A stretch of DNA of 64,000 bases, from positions 129,518,001 to 129,582,000 of the forward strand of contig OZ260661.1 in NCBI GenBank assembly GCA_965285935.1. Direction: 5' to 3'. This stretch comes from Ophelia neglecta (lineage: Eukaryota). The notes under the pieces were generated by a model, which did no database searches, was not told the DNA's origin, and was given only the letters and a program-made list of their open reading frames with translations. Shown piece by piece: positions 1 through 11,805 of this stretch (position 1 is the stretch's first letter; every line of letters starts with the position of its first letter). The translations under genes and the position numbers were made by a program.

Positions 1-159
1 GTTGAACTGCTCGTTTAGATGCCTTGAATATATAAACGACAGGATGCCAATCTAGCTGCCAACTTCAATAAAATCTAACTTATTTCTAGCAGCCTACACG
101 ACGAAGGGTATCTTTATCAATCGTATAGCCTCAGGCACACTTCTGATTTCACAATTTAC

Positions 160-253
160 CTGGTTTGCGGCCTAATGCCCACTTAAACATGTTTTTGGTT
201 CGAGAGTAGCTCTGGATTACCCGGCTGGCGATCACAACGAGGCTGCGGGGCAT
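160..253 (-). CDS. Possible first coding segment MPRSLVVIASRVIQSYSRTKNMFKWALGRKP (phase-1 intron follows); product unknown
   Basis: ATG at 253 (GCGCCATG) preceded by an in-frame TAA. A second in-frame ATG at 190 sits in AAAAACATG context. The frame stays open into the donor at 159. No homology recognised. Confidence 0.3.
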
Positions 254-572
254 GGCGCGTGACCAAATAGGGTCACTTTAAGCACGGTAGCCTGCAGCCA
301 TTGAGAAGCAGCCGATATTGGCTTCCATGAGCGACGAGGACTTCCTTGTGGCTTAGTCCTCGCCTTGCATGCTGGGAGCACAAGCTTCCTGTGACTCTCT
401 TGCGCATGTTTTTCGGGTCCCACGTGACTATTCGTCATTTTGTTTCAAGTTGATATTGGCAGTCGGCACACGGCATGCTCTGGCGACCTCCAGCCTCGGC
501 CTTATCCAGGGGAATCATACAGCAGCGAGGGGTCTAACCGGGGATGGAGCATAGCTGATGAATGGCAGCAGA
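160..572 (-). other. Candidate exon 2 (mostly 5' UTR) of an unidentified minus-strand gene
   Basis: Minus-strand acceptor TTATTGTTTTCAG (plus 573-585 ctgaaaacaataa) and donor CCAG|GTAAAT (plus 154-163). The segment is more GC-rich than its flanks and lies downstream of the promoter/first exon at ~10.3 kb. Confidence 0.45.
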
Positions 573-928
573 CTGAAAACAATAAGGATTTACAGCGGAT
601 TTTAATATATCGAATATTGCTTCCCAGGAGGCAAGGCATTCATGGAAGGGGACTTACGGTCTTATGACTGACTAGGCGGAAGGGAATTGCATGTTGGGAA
701 AAAAACCTCATGTCCGCAGCTTTAAAGAAGCCCACACTAAACATATATAAAGGTAACGAAATGTTTACCTTCAATATCAAATGAACAGAAATACACTTTA
801 GAAGTTGAGTTGATATTGATTGAGTTCAGTGCATGTTTAGCCCTTCATCGTGCGCTCTGTATGTGTCTGAATCCAGCGCCAAATATAAGGGTTGTGTTTG
901 CGGAACTATTATAATTTGTAAAACATAG

Positions 929-1147
929 AAAACATAGTACGCAGAACATGGTTAGTCCTATAAAAATGGTGAGTACTCAAAACATGGTGAGTACTCAAAG
1001 CATCGTAAGTACTAAAATCATGGTGGGTACTCAAAACATGGTGAGTACTCTAAACAGGTGTATACTCTAAACAAGATGAGTACTCAAAACATGGGGCGTA
1101 CTCAAACATGGCGATTACTCAAAACATGGTCAGTACTAAATTCATGG
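929..1147. repeat. Degenerate 18-bp tandem repeat (AAAACATGGTGAGTACTC), ~12 copies
   Basis: Repeated AACATGGTGAGTACTCAA units are directly visible. Confidence 0.9.
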
Positions 1148-2534
1148 AGTGACCGGTTCCAATATTACACACTGTAGTATTCCCTGGTCCAGGATTACCT
1201 CGTTATCAGAACATTTAGGCGCGCCTATGTCAACAGCCGCTCTCTAATTAATGAACCAGTACCTTGCGTATAAAAGAAACCACTTCTGCCTATAGTCCCA
1301 TTCAGTGGTTAGTACATCGTATTCTGACTGAAGTATACTAAACGCACAAACCGTAAACGTCTGGCGTTATGGGACAGAGGGAATAAAACTGCTCTGTCTT
1401 CCATATTAACCATTTCAAATATCTCGGATGTACATGGGACTATCTGGCTTTTAACTTTAATCACACGTTTTTGAGCACCTGCATAGCTGTCCGCCTAACG
1501 TCTGCCACCTTTTTCAGGAAGAACATAAGATTCCAAGTTGTCATGATGACAAAACATCCGGATTAAACTCAAACCAACAGAAAATTTGATCTTGCGAGTT
1601 AAAATTTTAAAAAATACCGTCGAGTCAACGCGTTGACTTTACTATAGAAATTAACAGCGTTTCTTTACAGTCAATTTGTGTTAATGATGAACAAAACGCT
1701 TGAATCTAATTTCCAATAGGCACGAGCAAAACAAAACTGTGTGTGTGTGGGGGGGGGGGCGGTCACTGGTTCATTTCCTACATAATTCCTCTAAGATATA
1801 TATATGGTTTGTGAAAAAATATACCTTAGATTCTTTTCACACATATACAAACTTGTCAACCTATGGTGTCAAAATATTGAAATAGCTTCAGAGCAACAAA
1901 GCATAATATGATATACGAGTGTTTCGATAAAAAACAGTTAAGGAACCACACAGAGTGGGAGATGGTCCAAAAGAGAGGCTGTATTCAATACCCATGCCCA
2001 TAAGCAGTGTCTGTTCTCCGACGACCCATATATGTCCTGACAGTTCATAGAATTATTTGTTTGCATAACGTGGCACCAACAATCTTATATAGAACAGACT
2101 TTAAATGCCTTATTCACACTCCACATACTAATGGAGACGTAAGCCAAGCAATAGTCAAGTTTTGGGCTCTCATCATAAATGTTAAGATGCCAGCCTATTT
2201 CCGGTAGCTCACTTTCTTGTTTTTTAAGATAGTAGTGGAGAGAAGGTCCCGGAAAGCGCTCGTTAAGAAAATTGCAAAACTGGCTTTGTTGAATGAGCTT
2301 AAAATCCGGCGCAACAGATTTTGGAGCTATAGTGCCCTGGGTAGTAAATCCTACAATGTCGTCTGTACTCCGGACATCGGCGGACCAGGGAAAAGGCTTG
2401 CAGGACACCGGTGGTCCAAACTTACTAATGTCTCGGGAACTAAAAAATGGCTGCTAGAATGAACATTCCAACAAGTATGTGTTTTTACTGATTAGTGAGT
2501 TTTTCTCTGTTCCTTGCCTACATTGATCGATTAA

Positions 2535-3548
2535 GGGCTAAGACTTAGTATCTTAGTCAAAATGACTTATTTCCCCTGAGTCTTTGTGTCAAAGCGCTAA
2601 TGACTGAACCCATATTAGTCAAATGACTGAACCCATATTAGTCAAATGACTAACGTAAGTTGGTCAAAATGGCTAACATTAAATATCCTATGGGTTACAT
2701 AATAAAATCCTTATCAGTTCATCCTTCTATCTGAAAACATTAATCTTTACTTAACATTATAAAATATCCATTTTCTCTTTCTACATAACTTTGATACATA
2801 CTTTTGTCAATACATCTGGTATGGTATAGGCTTTAAAAGGCAAGGTGATGACGAGCCCATGGCACTACTTGGTGTGTCATCGTCATTTCGTCATACACGA
2901 CACAGTGAAGTTTTTCGTTAGGCCTATATGTATATACTTATAGATATATTCAATATCAAAACGGTACATATTCATGTCAATAAATCTGGTCACGTTGAAG
3001 TCTATGTGAGCCTCTCACATTAGATTAAACTCCACCACATTTTAATATTGTAGTTCCGTGCAACTTGCATATACAAGCTATAATGAAATTTTGCCGAACA
3101 GAATCTCCCATTAAATCCATACTGCTCGGTAAACTCCGTTAGCGGTTCATCAAGTTTTATATAGGTCTACATGTCTGATTTCCGGAATAAAATATATTTG
3201 TTGTGTAGAAGTGCAGAGGAAATTGTATAGCATAATGGATACATCACGTTTCACTATCCAGCACTGTAAAGCTGGATATTTGTTATTGCCATGATTTAAC
3301 TGTCTTATAGACTTGCCAGTTTAGTGACTTGAAACGTTCGACTCCTTCGAAAATTCTCCCGCCATTCATCTATTCCGGTTGAGGTGTCTCGGAAAATGTT
3401 CTCCGGCGAATAATAGGACGTGACTTAGCTGACTAAGTGCACTTAGCCATTAGACCCACATTGGGCTAACTTAAAATGAGTCCTTTTTTCTTGTGACTAA
3501 CATAAGTTAGCCATTTTGACAGTTTTTGAAGGCCAGTGTTTTCAGTAT
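2535..3548. mobile_element. Possible degraded non-autonomous DNA element with palindromic subterminal repeats
   Basis: Both ends carry clusters of GACTAA/TTAGTC and GGCTAA/TTAGCC motifs. GTCAAAATGGCTAAC (~2663) is the exact reverse complement of GTTAGCCATTTTGAC (~3506). No TSD identified. Confidence 0.35.
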
Positions 3549-3802
3549 AGTTCCCCTTTCGCGACAGGCAAAACATCCGGGCTTCAAAACGGAAAATTAT
3601 TTAGTCCTATCCTCGTTTACCAGGGTTTTTTGTAAAAGTAATAGTACTCCCCTGGAATCACAATGGTTCTATTTGTCCTATGACAAACAATCCTGGTAGT
3701 ACATGTCCGTAGGACAACCATACTTAAACGGAGTGAAATGTGTCCATGGAAATATCACCTCCCCCCTCCCCCATGATGAGACTTCGTTGCCTTATCTGAG
3801 TA

Positions 3803-3975
3803 CATTGAAACCTGTCTAATCAGGTCAGTCAAGGGACTGGAAAAAACTGATTATGCAGGTGATTTTACTAGGCAGGCCAGTTACACAGGCATATATGGGG
3901 ATTGGGCTATTATTTAATTACCTTAGGGGGCAGGTGACCTTATTACACGGGTGACCCAAAACACAGGTAACAATG
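3803..3975. mobile_element. Degenerate Tc1/mariner-pogo type MITE (CAGTGAAACC-related termini)
   Basis: TA|CATTGAAACCTG ... CAGGTAACAATG ends, an internal AAGGGACTG motif shared with the copies at 42591 and 55767, ~173 bp long. Confidence 0.6.
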
Positions 3976-6900
3976 TTTACTATGTAGTATAAGTCCCACG
4001 GACAACACATACTTGGACGTATATACTTTTCACACCAGGGGTCCATTAATCCTGTTACACCGACCTCAAAAACGGAAAAATATCTATTAGTCCTATCATC
4101 CCGAACAGTTTTCCTGGCACTTTGACTCCACATAAAACAAAGGCCTCCTATAGAGAGTGCTGTTTTTTGCTATTAAAAAACTTTGCTTTAAATTTCACAT
4201 GGTCTTTGAAAAAAAATGGCATAAAGCACGGTTTGCCACATTTGCTCACGATTTACGTTGCATTAAGACGCAAACCTTGTGACCTTTTCTTATAGTTGAC
4301 AAACTAAACGACTCAGACTGTCCGAGTTCCGGGTTAGCTTGCTTCCGAGTGTCAGAACCAGTGAAACATTATCCCCGTGCTTCAACCACTTCCGTTTTGT
4401 TCTCTAGAATAAACACCTTTTCCCCTTCAATATATAAACATATTTTCAGCTGCAGCCTTTTTTTTATTAAAGCACCTATCCGTGCAAAGCTAAATCTTTA
4501 TGGAAATCGTAAACACAAGAGGCATATTTCTCTATTGTCTATTATAGACTTAACCATTTGACCATTTTTGTTTGCACATAGCCATGCATGTTTAGAAGTG
4601 TTTAAACTGGAATGGCTTCGTCCTATACTAAGTAACCATAATATGGTTGCTGTTACAGTACAATCTCCAACTCATCATTTAGAGATGAGAGTAGAATTAA
4701 TTGTAGCAGTCGAGTACTTATCTCGTCACAGCATAATTGGCTTGCCGATCGTCTGCTTTCATAAACTAGCGTCGTTTTTCATCCCGCAATCGAATTGGCG
4801 AGAAGTTTTTTTTTTCCTGATATGTGTGATTTGTATGAATAGAGCCTGCTTACATTTGGGATTTGTTCCACCCCAATGGGTTCTTTGCCTTACCGGAGTT
4901 CATAATGATTATTAACCTTCTTCCGTGATTTATATCTCTTTATGTTCCGCATGAACGACTCCTCCCATTCTGTGTCCTTCAGAGTTATTAGGAGTATAGG
5001 CTTACATTTGAGTAAATTGGTCGGCATGAATTAGCTATAGGATCGCCTGAGCGCCTGCTCTTGTGTCGTTTCCTCTGCTTGAGCACTTGAGCAGACGACT
5101 TGTGTTCTGATTGAGCCTAAGGTCATTACAGAACTCACTTGCGACAGTTAAAACACTTTTAACCTCAGAGCATCTCAACTGACTATAGCCCCAAGATGGA
5201 TGGCACCCGTATCGTGGTGCTATTCAGATATAAATGCCCATAATAATTCACCCCATTGTCGTCTGCTCCATTCATCCATCATCCACCACTTTGGACGCCA
5301 TCTTTGTTTTTGGATGCTCATTGAGGAAATATAATAGGAAATGAAAAAACTACAGGAAGTTATTCTCGAATACATATTTCATATACTAGGTGTTCTCGGT
5401 CCATCCTATGTAGATTGAAAAAACACAATTGCAAGATGCTTTTTCTTTTAGAATACTAAGAACATTGTGTTGTAAAAAGGAGAAAAGAAAATTATTCCAT
5501 GATTTGAAGAGAGGTCGTTTTGGAGTCGGCAGGGCACGTTATCGGAATAAACGTGTCTCTTCAGACAAAGTACTGAGTATGATTGTTGCTGCTCTTTACG
5601 AGAAAGTAACCCACGGTTTTCCTAGATGGAAAGATGGCTAAGGGTGTTGGGTTGCCTTACTACTGCAGATGTGGGCGGGATGGATTACTTGGAATATACC
5701 TGCTCGCTCTCAGAGTATCATTCTGCATTGCTACGCCGTGCCAGCTTAAAAATATCCCAGTGTGGCTATTTTCAGCCTGACGTCTCGCCCTAACCTTGCG
5801 CCTTGGGCTTTATCAAATGTACCTTCATGCCATCATCAAAATGTCAACGTCAATTCATCGTCTTTGGGCGGTAATCTCGCCTCTGATGTGTAAATGGGAG
5901 CTTAAAGTCCGGCGTGTTTGCTTTGGAGGCGTTTGCTGAACGCTCTCTGTGTTTTTATGTCTGGGGATGGCAGTCTTCTAGAAGATCTTGAGCTGACAAA
6001 AGTGCTCCTCACCTACTTCTGTCCTATCCGTGGCTAAAGACCGAAGTTGGGTGACTTTTTCTGTTGACGCATTCTCTTTATATGGTTTCGGTTGTTTTGT
6101 TGATCAGCGGTAGAGATCAAACCATCCTTAGTACTGCACGATTATCATTTGATCTAGGAAGCCAATTCTGTGTCCAGCCACAGCCATTAAAATGTCAGAT
6201 GAAAGGAGGGCGCTCAACGAGCCCCGCCGTAAACCTAGAGGACATGACCGTACCTCCGCTGGAACGCACAGCTTCCCGCCAAACCAAAACGAGGTCGTCG
6301 ATCAATGTCGTCTGCCGTCATTTTTATTTCGGGAGCCCACTTCTCGATGGTATAGTATGGCGCAAAGCACATTGTTCTTGTGAATTTAAATATTGATTCC
6401 AGGAAAATCCCGTCAGATAACGATTCTTTATTATTGCATCAGGCAGCTCGAGCAGCCAAGGCCGCATAACTCAACGCCAAATCAGAATAAAGTCAGGCGA
6501 TTGTATGCTAAGCCGCATTCGATGGCGGGAAATTGAGGTTGTGATTGTGTCAGAGGCCGAAAGGGTGTCCCCATAGCGGCAAACCCGGGGATTTAGGAGA
6601 GGGGGGGGATCAATATCACCGCGACCCGATCTGTACCTTTCAGGGTCTGGGGAAGGGAACGTTAGATATGTATAGGGTACATGAAAGCCGTCCTAACGCC
6701 GCCCCTAAAGCTGATGTATTCTCTGACTCCAATCGGGACAAGTCTCTACCAGCGGCACCAACAGCTTATGCTCCTCTCGCCGAAAATATCATGAATGATA
6801 GACTGCTGAAATATCATCATTGTACTCCGGAATTGAAAGTGAAAAACGAGCGCATTTGATTAGGAAGAATATCAGTCACCGTCAGAGACTCTAGTCTTGC

Positions 6901-8693
6901 GGATGTATTGCAAAGCCAACGGAAAGAGCAGCATACATTTTTTGGGGCCAAAAACGCAGTACAATTATTGATTCTTATTTCTCATAATTGCAATTGGGCT
7001 ACTGCTCCCAAAGGCTTAGCGAATTGATTCCGATAGAGGCTCAAGGGATTGATTCTCTCTATGTGCAGGTCTTTTAGCTGCCATCTCATCTGGCCTGCTG
7101 CAGCGAGGGGAGCGTTCCATTCATACGATTAATGAGGACGGGTTTCGGCCTGAAGGGGGCCTTAAACGCCCGCGCTATGATTAGACTTTATGGAACCCCA
7201 ATACCCGTCCATGTGTCTGTCGTGATGCCTTGACCCAACGTGATCAGTGTATAGCAATTACAATTTGTTTAACTGAAGACGGCTCGATATCAAATCATGT
7301 AAGGGGACCATAGATATAATCGCCTCTCAGTCTGTCCAAACCTTGATTGATTAGGGAACGCTGACCATTAATCACGTGATTTGCCTCAAGGTCACGTGAA
7401 TCTTCAATCAGACGCGATTTGTGGTCCGACTGGGCGTCTGACCTTAATATTTCAATGGATTGACCTTCACAGGGAGATCGGTAGGTAGTACCGTAAATAT
7501 AGGTAATTATGTTTATTTGGTAAGACATATTGATACAAAAAAAAGTTCCTTTGCCGACAATTTGGCGTAAATGGCTTTCATCGGCCTCCGCGGTCGAATG
7601 GTGAATGGTCTTTCGGGACGCCAGAATGGCGTCTTTCTTAAGCTTTGTATATTTGTTTCTGATCACTGAGATTCCTGGAAGTGAATGCCTGGCCCTATTT
7701 CTTATAAGCTCCGGCCCAGACTGAGGTTCTGTGCGGCTTGTCGTTCACAGTGCAGCCACCGGATTGAGTGGTTGTGACATTTGTACGGGTAGTTGCATCC
7801 GGGCAGTCACAAGGGACACTCCCTTCCCGGCATGCCATTAGCAACAAAGGGGACAAGCATTACCGCGGTAATGCAATCAGAACCTCGTGACCTAAGGCCA
7901 TCTGCGTCGGTCACCTGATCCGCGGGAGAGACGCAGTAATACTAGTTTTGGCGGTACTGGCAAATACCACCGCACTCCCCTGCTTTTGTCTTGACACGTT
8001 CAAGTCAATCTGGTTTTGTGTGGCTAATGCTCTCTCCAAATGAATAAACGGTGAAGGAAAAAGAAGGAAGGAAGGAATTACCGCTGTCGGTCACTCAGGC
8101 AATCTTCCGTCTTATGGTAAAAGTAGTTCGCTTGTCCCCTTACAACAATGATGTGCAATTTCTATTTTTGTGATGTGTATAAAGTGTTATTCTCAACCAA
8201 TCAACGTGTCTCTTTTTATTAAATACGGTGGATAATAACATTGGCTACACGGTACATTCTTATAAAATTCCCACAAAATGCGAGTTAAACAGGCGAAGAC
8301 CATCTAGGCTGCAATTTCCAATCTTAAGAGTATTACAAGAAGGCCCAAATCTCGTTTTCCCGCCATTTTACATCCGCACAAGAAATCCATTTTGACGCCA
8401 CTATTAGCTGCCTGTCGTAAAGAGATCACGCCACCCGAAGGTTTTTATCCACCGCTCGTTCTGCGAATGTACCACGTGCAATTGTCGTCTGGCTGCTTCT
8501 GGTGGTCGGGGAGGCTGATGGAGAGTTTTGGGGGGGGGGGGATGGGTGAGGGGCGGGGCTGGTGCTGTTGTGTATAGTTGTTTATGAGTGTGTGTGCGCT
8601 GGGGGGGGGGGGTCCATGTTATGGATATCAGGGGTTTATATATACAAGGGCCTATGGGTTTATTCCACAAAGCAGCCGTGATTTAGAACAACC

Positions 8694-8781
8694 CTTATGA
8701 ACCAGTAGTCTTTTATTCTCATGTGGCATAGGCCTAGGCTTATGAACCAGTAGTATTTTATTCTCATGTGGCCTAGGCCTA
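8694..8781. repeat. 45-bp tandem duplication
   Basis: CTTATGAACCAGTAGT.TTTTATTCTCATGTGGC.TAGGCCTA occurs twice head to tail. Confidence 0.85.
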
Positions 8782-10327
8782 TATTAAGTATGAAATAGAA
8801 GCCCTTGGCCGCTATTTGAGGTTGAGAAATTTGACGATTTTGCCAAGCAAGTCCGAAATAAATGTTGCCAAAATTTCCGATTAACACTGACAGCTACAAT
8901 CCCAATTTGGCGGGAGGCCAGTAAGCTTATATGACCCCTTGTCTTGAGGTCAAAGGGGTGTAACCCTACCCATGATTAAGCCTTACCGGACCCTCTTAAA
9001 CGAGCAATAGGCGAGCGCCATCTGAAATGCCCGTTGAAGGGGGTGCATTTAACCCAATTTGCTCTTATTTAATATCTACCGCCGGGGGAGTTCACGGGCT
9101 CTCCTGAACTTGAGTGTTTGCCTGACAGCCCTGTTATGGCAAAGCAAAATTGCTCAAGAAATGATATTAAAAACATAGAACGGAGCATTTTTACCCAATG
9201 AAATATTCCGCGAGTTTTTTTGTGCGGACCTACAGTTGAGATAAGCTATGGCGGGAAGCGTAGTACAGTGTCGGCTGCTCTCGGTTGGTTACGTCAGATT
9301 GAAGCAGAAAGCTGAAAGTGTACGAGTGCATGCGAGAGCGGTTTTAGAGCCGCCGTCATATCAAGACGCCATTTTGGCCAGATTTATTCTAATCCCCTTC
9401 GTCTGGCTCCCGCTCGACCCCCATCACCTTGTCTCGTAAATCAGGGCGTAATCAGCAGCCTAAATATGGCGAGGCATCTTGATAACCGTATGGAAAAATC
9501 ATGGGCCTTGGTCATTAAAATCTGCATGGAAACAGACTAAAACGCAAATAAAAAACAGGGTTTCTACGGAAACAGTGAGTTACAACATAAGCGATGATGA
9601 CATATTATTCGCAATGGAGCAATCGCTCTTCGGTCTTGGATAACAAAAATGTCAGAAACTTCGAAATTGCGCTCGCTAGCTAACCTCGAATCGCCCTGCC
9701 CAGCTTAGGCACGAGTGTTTGAAATAAAGGCGTTCAGGCGATGTCCGGCAGTCCGTAAAGGCAATCGGAAGCCCGCGCTAAGATAATAAAATAGCTTTTG
9801 TTGTTTAGCGTTCTGCTCTGACGGTTGTCGTCTGCTTCGTGTTTTTCTCCATAATCAAAACTGACGACTAGTCCATTTCAGAGGGCGGAGGGAAGGCAGG
9901 GGACGAGATTATTCTGACCGCCTCCGCTTTCCTCATTTTGAAATGTGTTCTGCACTCATAAATAGATTTTAATTTTGGGAATTCAAGTTAAAAATATTGG
10001 TTATCCATACCTCTGCTGCTTGGCTGGTTTTTGTTTTTTTTTAATAGATATTGTCTTGTTATATGATTCTAAAGTTTTTGATGCAACTATGGCCAAACAC
10101 CCCTATATACTTCAGAATAGAATGATCTTGATGGATTACCCGCGATCCACGGCATGTTTCTGGCCGATTGAATTCTCCACCGCTCACTGATCTCAAGTCG
10201 GCACGGCTTTAATCTCGGTCGTCAGGTAATAACGGTTCCGGGGGGCGTATCAGCGATGCTGTGATCCGGGTACTAAACTCGGACGCCCGTGCTGTGTATA
10301 CATTACTCCCGCCACTTTCAGACTCAC

Positions 10328-10400
10328 CTGACAAAATGGCCGTATTTATATGTGTTCGCATTAAATCCGACCGGTAAAATCGCCGTTAAGATGTGTGTGT
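10328..10400 (-). other. Candidate non-coding first exon of the minus-strand gene (TSS approximate)
   Basis: Perfect donor CAG|GTGAGT (plus 10322-10330 actcacctg), immediately preceded on the minus strand by a YY1-type GGCCATTTTG, and directly downstream of the CCAAT/BANP/ETS cluster. Confidence 0.55.
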
Positions 10401-10640
10401 TTGCGCGATGACTGATTGGTCCCAGAAACAGACCACCTGCTTGAAATTGTGATTGGCTCGAAGCCAAATTTCCTCTTAATTGTCTACAGAGCGTGTGAAA
10501 TAGATCAGGCTGCACGAAATCTCGCGAGACTACCGCCGCTCGTTGACCAATAGACCGCGTTTCTGACTAGAATGGCCACTTCCGGTAGTCAGTGCTATTT
10601 CGTGATTTGTCCATGTCTCGCGCGTGACAGCGAGATTTGT
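10330..10640 (-). promoter_or_regulatory. CpG-rich, TATA-less housekeeping-type Pol II promoter
   Basis: TCTCGCGAGA palindrome (~10519-10528; BANP-type motif), CCAAT/ATTGG boxes (~10415, ~10452, ~10547), ETS ACTTCCGG (~10578) and YY1-like AAATGGC (~10334) within ~300 bp. Confidence 0.7.
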
Positions 10641-10692
10641 TCATTTATCACTCACTGGTCTAATACCTAACCATGATAAAACGGCACAGGTA

Positions 10693-10809
10693 CATTAACT
10701 CCTGTGTTAGTGGTCATCAGTATAATAAGGTCACCTAGTAAGGTCACTAAATAATATGGTCAGTTTTCGCATGCAGTTTCTCGGATGGCCTGACTAACAG
10801 GTTTCACTG
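10693..10809. mobile_element. Internally deleted, degenerate CAGTGAAACC-family MITE
   Basis: Right end ACAGGTTTCACTG; internal GGTCA(C) iterations as in related copies; left end degraded. Confidence 0.45.
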
Positions 10810-11556
10810 CACACGGGACACGCTTGATTCCAAATCTTTTGGAGAAAGATCTCTGCGTCTTGGACGCGGCTAATTCTGGACTGGCGTACCAGGAACATAT
10901 CTCAGCGGCCAGTCGGTACCAGCCTACCATTGACCGTGTCTAACGCCCATATCGAGGGTGTTAATTGTGGCTAACATCATTTTGAAGGTCCATCTGGGGC
11001 CGTCTGACTCGGTTCAGTGTCAGTATAAATACTTTCAAAAGAGGGTACCAAACAGTAAAGGCTTGTTTGCAATAAATTGAGCCATGTAAAGAGCTGAACG
11101 ACCTGCCGGACAGCGGTTACAAACAAGTTACACACACAGAACATTGTTTGGCAATACACGAATAACTTATAACTTTTCTTTTTCTTTTTATCTTATCATT
11201 ATTATTATTTCAATATGTACGCTACAAATTGTATTATTTAAGCACTTAACTATACTACCTACCATATGTGAGCGATATAGGGGGTTATTGAACTAGGAAT
11301 ACAAAAACGGAATCGTTTACATCTCAATCACGAGGAAAATATATTGTCTTAAGACTAAACAGAAGGTGGATTCGAACACAAACTATAAACACAAAATTAT
11401 ACATCCAGGTTACGGACCTGAAACCCATTCACTCGTCTAGGTACTTCTACACATCCACTGTCGAATTTTAACACATCGCCTGAACAAACTCCAAACATTT
11501 CAGGTATATAACATCTACTGACGACCCAACTCAACCAGTGATAAATGCAAAAACTC

Positions 11557-11805
11557 GACAATGTCAAACACATACACTTAAACATTGTCAAAAACATAAC
11601 CTTAAAAATGTCAATCACATAGACTTTAACATTGTCAAAAACATAACCTCAAAAATGTCAAACACATACACTTAAACATTGTCAAAAACATACTCTTAAA
11701 AATGTCAAACACAAACACCTAAACATTGTCAAAAACATGCCCTCAAAAATATCAAACAAATATACTTTAACATTGTCATATACATACACTCAACACTGTC
11801 AAACC
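11557..11805. repeat. 47-bp (23+24 dimer) tandem repeat, ~5 copies
   Basis: ACATTGTCAAAAACATAACC..AAAAATGTCAAACACATACACTTAA with a 47-bp period (11582 to 11629). Confidence 0.9.

Noticed and set aside
573-770. Extra minus-strand donors (plus-strand acttac ~652, tttacc ~763) suggesting another small exon
   Set aside because: No convincing paired acceptor; cannot be separated from chance without RNA data.
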